Positions 9,123 through 14,657 of a DNA stretch of 20,000 nt are shown here, in pieces. Source of the DNA: an uncultured virus (IMG/VR IMGVR_UViG_3300005290_000006) (lineage: Duplodnaviria; Heunggongvirae; Uroviricota; Caudoviricetes); the IMG/VR virus record IMGVR_UViG_3300005290_000006, positions 113,395 to 133,394 of that record. The stretch is one strand, 5' to 3'. Position 1 is the stretch's first letter; every line of letters begins with the position of its first letter. The position numbers and the translations under genes are program-made. Below the pieces are notes generated by a model. That model saw only the letters and a list, made by a program, of their open reading frames with translations. It was not told the origin of the DNA and did no database searches.

Positions 9123-9148
9123 CTTTCAGACCTATATAACTCAGGTAG
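9123..9148 (+). promoter_or_regulatory. Putative phage early promoter for the accessory island
   Basis: CTTTCAGACCTATATAACTCAGGTAG in an AT-rich intergenic region. The TATATAAC core is one mismatch from the phiKZ early consensus TATATTAC, and a second copy lies at 3591-3616. Confidence 0.65.
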
Positions 9149-9199
9149 TAAGTAATACAAATAAATTCTTTCCTACCCTGATAATACAAGGATTTGATC

Positions 9200-9568
9200 A
9201 TGACTTCTTTCAACGAAAACCTGCGTAACGCTTCTGCCCAAGCTGCTCGTGAAGACCGTGCTGCTTCTTTCCGTGGTGTGCGTAACGAAGGCCTGGCTGT
9301 ATCTGAAGTCGCCGGTGTACTGGGCGGCCTGATCGGCGGTGCTGCTGTATACGCTCAAGGTGGTTCTCCGGTTGCTGCTCTGGCCGGCGCTGTGTGCGGT
9401 GGCCTGGGTGGTTACGCCGCAGGCAACATGATGAGCCCAATCAGCAACCTGACCACCAGCACCAAAATCCTGACCGGCATCGGCGCAGGTTGCTTTGGTA
9501 TCAGCGTAGCCGGTCTGGCTGCAAGCATCGTCGAAGCATTCAGCGGCAACACCCCTGACGCTCAGTAA
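9200..9568 (+). CDS. Glycine-zipper membrane protein
   Basis: 122 aa from ATG 9200 (AAGGA SD at 9188-9192). It has tandem small-residue xxx repeats (AGVLGGLIGG, AGAVCGGLGG, TGIGAGCFG) and strongly biased codon usage. Confidence 0.75.
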   Translation: MTSFNENLRNASAQAAREDRAASFRGVRNEGLAVSEVAGVLGGLIGGAAVYAQGGSPVAALAGAVCGGLGGYAAGNMMSPISNLTTSTKILTGIGAGCFGISVAGLAASIVEAFSGNTPDAQ

Positions 9569-9583
9569 TGAGCTAGGTGGTGC

Positions 9584-9613
9584 AAGGGGCAGTTACGGCT
9601 GCCCTTTATTTTT
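9584..9613 (+). terminator. Rho-independent terminator
   Basis: AAGGGGCAGT-TACG-GCTGCCCTTT followed by ATTTTT. Confidence 0.75.
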
Positions 9614-9640
9614 GTTTCTTTCAATCCAGAGGAATACAAC

Positions 9641-10378
9641 ATGTCACTTGGTAACCACAATCCTTTCGCTGGTATGAGCGATGCACAGCTGTCGGTTGAA
9701 CTGATCCAGTTGGTAAAGTTCTCACCACTGACCGACAACGGCCAAAAGCTGCTGATGGTAATCGGTCAGCGTCTGAGCGGTGCCGCTTACCCAACTGAAG
9801 AGCAAGCCAAACCGGCCGGACACAATACTTTCATTCGTGGTATTAACCTGGCAGACCGCGATGACACCAACACCATCTGGGAGCGCGTGACCAACCTGGT
9901 TAACGAAGTCACGTTCGATTCCAAGCTGGAGGCGTCAACGGCGGATGGTGATAGAACCAAACATGCGATCCTGGCGGCAATCGATAGCCGCGTCAGTCAG
10001 GACCGTCTGTCCCGCGCTCAGGTGTATGTGCAGGTTAACAAAGACCTGTCCAACTGGCGTGTGTTGGTGGACATCCCTTCGCCGGAACTCACCGGCACGA
10101 TCATCCGTCACTACATCTGCAACAGCGGTATCTATTACGCCTACCCCATCGAGTTCCGCAACTCCCCAGTTCCGCCAACCCCGTTCAGCCTTATTCCGCC
10201 GTCGTGGAGAAATGACGAGAAGTGGGAAAGTATCACTGTCGACTTCGACTCCAAAGACGTCGTCCATTACTTCACCACCCCAAGCTCGGGCAGGGCGACC
10301 GGCGCTTACATCTGTGATTTGAAAGGCGCTACCAAACTGCGTTATGACCCTAACACCGGTGCTGGCTCCCCGCTGTAA
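9641..10378 (+). CDS. Hypothetical protein, modular paralog family (N-terminal helical module)
   Basis: 245 aa, AGAGGA SD, N-terminal 'MSDAQLSVELIQLV...LLMVIGQRL'. Confidence 0.75.
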   Translation: MSLGNHNPFAGMSDAQLSVELIQLVKFSPLTDNGQKLLMVIGQRLSGAAYPTEEQAKPAGHNTFIRGINLADRDDTNTIWERVTNLVNEVTFDSKLEASTADGDRTKHAILAAIDSRVSQDRLSRAQVYVQVNKDLSNWRVLVDIPSPELTGTIIRHYICNSGIYYAYPIEFRNSPVPPTPFSLIPPSWRNDEKWESITVDFDSKDVVHYFTTPSSGRATGAYICDLKGATKLRYDPNTGAGSPL

Positions 10379-10384
10379 CAACAA

Positions 10385-10442
10385 CCTCTAACTCTATTTT
10401 GTAACCCAAGCTTTAATAGAGTTAGAGGATTTTCTTTTCTTT
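10385..10442 (+). terminator. Hairpin/terminator with large loop
   Basis: Perfect 14-bp stem CCTCTAACTCTATT / AATAGAGTTAGAGG with a 16-nt loop, followed by ATTTTCTTTTCTTT. Confidence 0.65.
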
Positions 10443-10462
10443 ACCCCTGGAGTTTTTCTAAC

Positions 10463-11029
10463 ATGACACTAAAACACAAACCACTCCACAAGCTGACCAA
10501 TGCCGAATTGGCTGAGAAGTTAAACGATGTCGTTCAGTACTCGGTCCTGAGCGAGCTGTCGCAGCAAGTGCTACGCCACGTTATTTACCGGTTAGAGTCT
10601 TCCGATCTCTACGGGGACGTGCTGGATTCCAAGACGTACGAGAAGAACACTCAGTGTGTCATGGACCTCACGAACTACGCCGGTCGGGATAACTCCCACA
10701 TTCTTCAGGTCATCTGTAACTGGCTGAATGACCTGACATCTGATGGTCATATGCCACCTGACGTTGATCAGGCGCAAATGTGGGATGACATGCGGACCAT
10801 CATCACCGACAGTGATCTGGCTGAGCTTCTGCAACCGGGCTTACCGGCAATGTTGTTTGTTGGATCGGGGCCGCGTGGTCCGAAGTGGACCCACGACAAC
10901 TGGGCGATCTGCATCTACCACAAAGACGGCGGTGAGGGTCACATTAGCGGTTTCGCTCACGTGCTTACCAAGGCTTATCCAACCAGAGGAGTGCTTGTTA
11001 ATGCGGATGACTCCAAAGCCGACAGCTGA
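10463..11029 (+). CDS. Hypothetical protein, modular paralog family
   Basis: 188 aa, GGAG SD, N-terminal 'LTNAELAEKLNDVV...VLRHVIYRL'. Confidence 0.75.
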   Translation: MTLKHKPLHKLTNAELAEKLNDVVQYSVLSELSQQVLRHVIYRLESSDLYGDVLDSKTYEKNTQCVMDLTNYAGRDNSHILQVICNWLNDLTSDGHMPPDVDQAQMWDDMRTIITDSDLAELLQPGLPAMLFVGSGPRGPKWTHDNWAICIYHKDGGEGHISGFAHVLTKAYPTRGVLVNADDSKADS

Positions 11030-11243
11030 CGTAATGAAGTTGTCGAACACTGAGTTGGTTGACCTGCTCAAGTTCTACAACCTGTACGCAGTTTCCACTG
11101 GGGGTGCTCGCAGTCCGTTGGTGATTGATGGTAAATCCATGCTGGAAGAAATCAAACGTCGTCTGCTTAAAGACGAACCGAAACCCCCCACCCCTCCCGT
11201 TTCGATTCACCCTGAAACTCCAAACAAACTCGACATCATTTAA
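11001..11243 (+). CDS. Small hypothetical protein consisting almost only of the shared helical module
   Basis: 3' part of ORF 10743..11243. The likely start is ATG 11001 after AGAGGAG (10985-10991), giving 80 aa with 'LSNTELVDLLKFYNL...MLEEIKRRL' and a Pro-rich tail. Confidence 0.7.
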   Translation: MRMTPKPTADVMKLSNTELVDLLKFYNLYAVSTGGARSPLVIDGKSMLEEIKRRLLKDEPKPPTPPVSIHPETPNKLDII

Positions 11244-11257
11244 CAAGGAGCAACAGC

Positions 11258-11965
11258 ATGCAACAGAAAGCCAACTCACCTTACGGCGAGGCCTACAAGA
11301 CCACTCCCATGGAAAAGATCCAATCCACCTTCCGCAAGATGTGGCACTGGGAACCCTTGAAGTTTCCTGAGTACACCGGTTTGCGTGTCATGATGATGCC
11401 GGTAAAGCTCGGTTCCTTGGTAGGTGTTCCAGATCAGTACAAGGGCCTGGTGACCGCGCTGTACGGCATGACCGAGTTCCGCTTCATCGCTGACCAGTGC
11501 ATCGGTTACCTCACCATCGACGAGCAGGAACTGCATCCTGGTGAAACCCTGCGTCGTGCAGGTAAACACGTGGATGGCTACTACCACGGTTCTTGCGGTG
11601 CGTGGGGTGGTGGCCCAGGGGAGCCTGGTGGTGGTTGGGGTTCCGTCGGTAACGGTATGTTGACTGTTTCCAGTACCGCTCATTGCCGTGGTTACCTGGG
11701 GGTTATCCAAGGTACTCCTGGTCCTGAAGGCGAAGCCGATCACCTGATCATGCCAAACCAAGGCACCCTGTTCGGCGCTGGTGATGTGTACTGGGTCGAC
11801 GGCGCTGCTGTGCACGAATCGTTGCCGGTGACGGAGATCACCAAGCGTCAGTTCGTTCGCCTCAGCATGCCAAGTAGCGGGCCGTGGTTCGAAGGCTACA
11901 CGCCGAACCCTGACTCGAGCATTCAGCCGACTGGCGATATCCTGCCGCGTCGGGAATTCATGTAA
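11258..11965 (+). CDS. Putative 2OG-Fe(II) dioxygenase superfamily protein
   Basis: 235 aa, AAGGAG SD. It has an HxD motif (KHVDG, 11567-11575), a distal His (VHES, 11813) and Arg residues in 'RQFVRL', matching the HxD...H...R signature of double-stranded beta-helix dioxygenases. Confidence 0.7.
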   Translation: MQQKANSPYGEAYKTTPMEKIQSTFRKMWHWEPLKFPEYTGLRVMMMPVKLGSLVGVPDQYKGLVTALYGMTEFRFIADQCIGYLTIDEQELHPGETLRRAGKHVDGYYHGSCGAWGGGPGEPGGGWGSVGNGMLTVSSTAHCRGYLGVIQGTPGPEGEADHLIMPNQGTLFGAGDVYWVDGAAVHESLPVTEITKRQFVRLSMPSSGPWFEGYTPNPDSSIQPTGDILPRREFM

Positions 11966-11975
11966 GGATACCGTC

Positions 11976-13814
11976 ATGCAAAAGGGTACCTTGATGTCTG
12001 GGGTTTTCGGCTCCTTGGCCTCGATTCTCGGCAGGGTGGCGAGCGCAAAACCCATAGCCCCAATGGTCGAGTACAACGACGACGGGCAAATCATCATCCA
12101 CTTAAACCAGTTGATTCCTGTTGGTAAGGATTCTTTTAACTTCTCGTATCCGATCCTGCTGGGGTTGATAAGCAGCTGTTTCCACAACGGACACTGGAAG
12201 GTCACGCCTGCCCAGTTCATGAACATCAGAGAGGACATGCAAGAACGCATTCCTGGGTTGATGTGCGATATCGGCGGGTTGTTTGCCCACGAGGTCGACA
12301 TCATTCTGGGGTTCCAATTGTCCCCTGCCGCGTATCGTCTGGACCACCGTATTAAAGGTAGTACCGGGCTGATGAAACACACCGAAACTTTTACCTTCGA
12401 AAATCTCGACCACATCCTACCATCCAGAAAGGAAAAAGAATCCATGAACACCAACACTCAAGCACCAAGAACCCACGTCATCCACATCAACCGTTTCCTT
12501 GGTCCTTCGCCTGAACAACGGCAGAGTCTTTTGCAGAACCACCTGCTCAATGAAACCCAGGACTTCTTCGTCGACCAAATCGACGCCTTGGCCGCCTGCC
12601 ACGCCATTGCCCCGTCTCTGGAGCTGCTGTCTAATCTGGCGTTGACCCACTACGTCGAAGTGACGGTCTGGAACCGCTGTGAGCCTGGCCATCCTGGTTG
12701 GGAGTTCAAATGCACCAAGCGTAAGACGACTCTGGGTGATCACGACGGCGATCGTCCTCTCGGCGGTGCATACGGTGGTCACTTCGGCGGTTTCATGGGT
12801 GCGCAATACCAACCGAATATGGGTATGTTCAATGGCCCATACGGCGGCATCGACAACAACATGCTCTGCGAGTTGTTGAACCTGTACAGCCTGACCCAGA
12901 TCCAACCGCTTCCGTATCAGGCGCGGGGTCGTCATTTCCCGGCCGGTTTAGAACTGCTGGATCTGGTCAAAGAGCGTCTTGGACACATCTCGTTCGGTAT
13001 GCAGCAAACGATGCCGCCGAATATGTTCAACATGAGCATGCCAAACACGGGTGCAAGACCGAATGGTCCCGGTTATGCAAGCGCCAACTTCATGGACCAG
13101 CGGATGCCGTTTGACGGTCGTTACGCTCATGCTCGCGGAACATACGGCGAGGGTGGTGCGGAACGTTATACCCGCATCGTCACAGGAATCAAAACCTTCG
13201 GTGACGCGGGCTTGGACACCACTCCTCCGGTAATGCTGGAAGGCGACGTTCTGCTTGGTGCGGCACTTGACGAACCAGCTGGTCGTCTGGTTTTCGTTGC
13301 CGCAAACCGTCAACGGAACCTCTACGCGATCTATCAGACAACCCGCCAGGGTAACCTCATCGATCGTTGTGAGTACCCAACCGGTAGTGAATGGACTGGG
13401 ACACATTCACTTCTGAGACTCTTCATGCAACTTCCAATGGTCCCGTATCAGGACTTCTCGTTCAACGTATCGGACAGCATCGAGGAAACTTTCCACACGA
13501 TCCGGGACAAGTTCCAGCAACTTAAACTGTCGCCAGGTCATCACGAAGCCCTTCTGCTGGAAGTCAGTGAAGTGTTGAAAGCGAAACCAATCAGCTCTTC
13601 GGAACATGTCACTCTGGACTTCGTGATCGGTCTGCCTGCTTTTCTCCCGGAAGGCTTGCGTCTGGCACTACCCGATGAGTCGACGCGTCCTATCGGCGGA
13701 ACCAGCCCGTCGGCCTGGATCATCCATAGCGGGCTCGCGGATGAAGGTGATGATTGTCTCCCTCAGCGTTTTTGGGTTCTGGATAGCACCATCGTTCCAC
13801 CGCGTAACTGGTAA
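11976..13814 (+). CDS. Multidomain hypothetical protein, modular paralog family; possible fusion with an internal start at 12444
   Basis: 612 aa, AAGGA SD. It contains an internal helical module ('IDNNMLCELLNLYSL...LLDLVKERL'), several alpha/beta repeats and Gly/Met/aromatic-rich linkers. Confidence 0.75.
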   Translation: MQKGTLMSGVFGSLASILGRVASAKPIAPMVEYNDDGQIIIHLNQLIPVGKDSFNFSYPILLGLISSCFHNGHWKVTPAQFMNIREDMQERIPGLMCDIGGLFAHEVDIILGFQLSPAAYRLDHRIKGSTGLMKHTETFTFENLDHILPSRKEKESMNTNTQAPRTHVIHINRFLGPSPEQRQSLLQNHLLNETQDFFVDQIDALAACHAIAPSLELLSNLALTHYVEVTVWNRCEPGHPGWEFKCTKRKTTLGDHDGDRPLGGAYGGHFGGFMGAQYQPNMGMFNGPYGGIDNNMLCELLNLYSLTQIQPLPYQARGRHFPAGLELLDLVKERLGHISFGMQQTMPPNMFNMSMPNTGARPNGPGYASANFMDQRMPFDGRYAHARGTYGEGGAERYTRIVTGIKTFGDAGLDTTPPVMLEGDVLLGAALDEPAGRLVFVAANRQRNLYAIYQTTRQGNLIDRCEYPTGSEWTGTHSLLRLFMQLPMVPYQDFSFNVSDSIEETFHTIRDKFQQLKLSPGHHEALLLEVSEVLKAKPISSSEHVTLDFVIGLPAFLPEGLRLALPDESTRPIGGTSPSAWIIHSGLADEGDDCLPQRFWVLDSTIVPPRNW

Positions 13815-13826
13815 TAGGTAGTGCAT

Positions 13827-13860
13827 CCGTGGGGAGTTGTTAGCCCCACGGTTTTCTTCT
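13827..13860 (+). terminator. Rho-independent terminator
   Basis: CCGTGGGG / CCCCACGG stem with a 9-nt loop, followed by TTTTCTT. Confidence 0.7.
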
Positions 13861-13884
13861 GTCTTTTACACAAGGATTTGAAAC

Positions 13885-14595
13885 ATGGATAACAAACCTC
13901 AGCTAACCAATCAACAGTTAGCGGGAATCTTGAAGTGTTCCCAAATACGTCAAGNCTCCCCTTTGCCACCTCATTTGTTGGCACTCGACCTNCCCANCTA
14001 CGANGNAATAAGGGAACTGATCTGTGAGCGCCTCCTGGCTGTTCCTGAGCCTGAAAGGGAGCTCACCCGTAAAGAGCAACAAGAACTCGCCCAAGGTCTC
14101 CGTAAAGAGATCAGAGGCGGTACAGAGCTGCACACCCAGGACTTCATCAAAGGCTTTGAGAGCTATCGCTTTACCAAAGACTTCCTGCGTGGAGCTTTCA
14201 CCAAACACAAACAAAGAACCGGGGATAGCATTGGCTGCATTACCATCTCGCTTGATCGCTTTCTTCCACCGGACACCCTAGAACCAGTAGTAGCTGTACT
14301 GGCGGGGATCGGGGCTGTGTTCAATGTACTAAGCCGTCACCGAGACTGGCCGATTTACACCGCGGACCCTCACCACATCTTCTGGCTGATCAACCAACAA
14401 GTCACCGTCGAACACGCCTTACCTATTCTGTCGGGTAAGAACGTCACACTGGTGATCGGTCATCCCGAGCATTTCCCTGATTACGTTCCTGGCGTAAATC
14501 GTCAAGAGCTGCTGGACTTAGCCAAGGAGATGAAAAGTATCGACCGGGATTACCCTGGCTGGATCCTGACGTCTGACCCTGACGAAATCGCCTAA
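13885..14595 (+). CDS. Hypothetical protein, modular paralog family (contains 5 ambiguous bases)
   Basis: 236 aa, AAGGA SD, 'LTNQQLAGILK...IRELICERL' followed by an alpha/beta region. Confidence 0.75.
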   Translation: MDNKPQLTNQQLAGILKCSQIRQXSPLPPHLLALDXPXYXXIRELICERLLAVPEPERELTRKEQQELAQGLRKEIRGGTELHTQDFIKGFESYRFTKDFLRGAFTKHKQRTGDSIGCITISLDRFLPPDTLEPVVAVLAGIGAVFNVLSRHRDWPIYTADPHHIFWLINQQVTVEHALPILSGKNVTLVIGHPEHFPDYVPGVNRQELLDLAKEMKSIDRDYPGWILTSDPDEIA

Positions 14596-14596
14596 T

Positions 14597-14642
14597 CAAA
14601 CATAAACGTACTACTCTACCAGCTCGCGCTGGTAGAGTAGTA
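14597..14642. terminator. Hairpin terminator between convergent genes (best oriented for the portal, - strand)
   Basis: Perfect 15-bp stem TACTACTCTACCAGC / GCTGGTAGAGTAGTA. On the - strand the loop is GCGA (GNRA) and is followed by CGT-TTATGTTTG. Confidence 0.8.
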
Positions 14643-14657
14643 TTAAGGTTTATTGCT

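Noticed and set aside
10743..11000. N-terminal 86 codons of ORF 10743..11243
   Set aside because: They overlap the 10463 gene in another frame, and a strong SD points to ATG 11001.
13885..14100. Diversity-generating retroelement variable region
   Set aside because: No reverse transcriptase or template repeat is seen in the window, and the ambiguous sites are N-terminal rather than C-terminal. Kept only as an unexplained N cluster.
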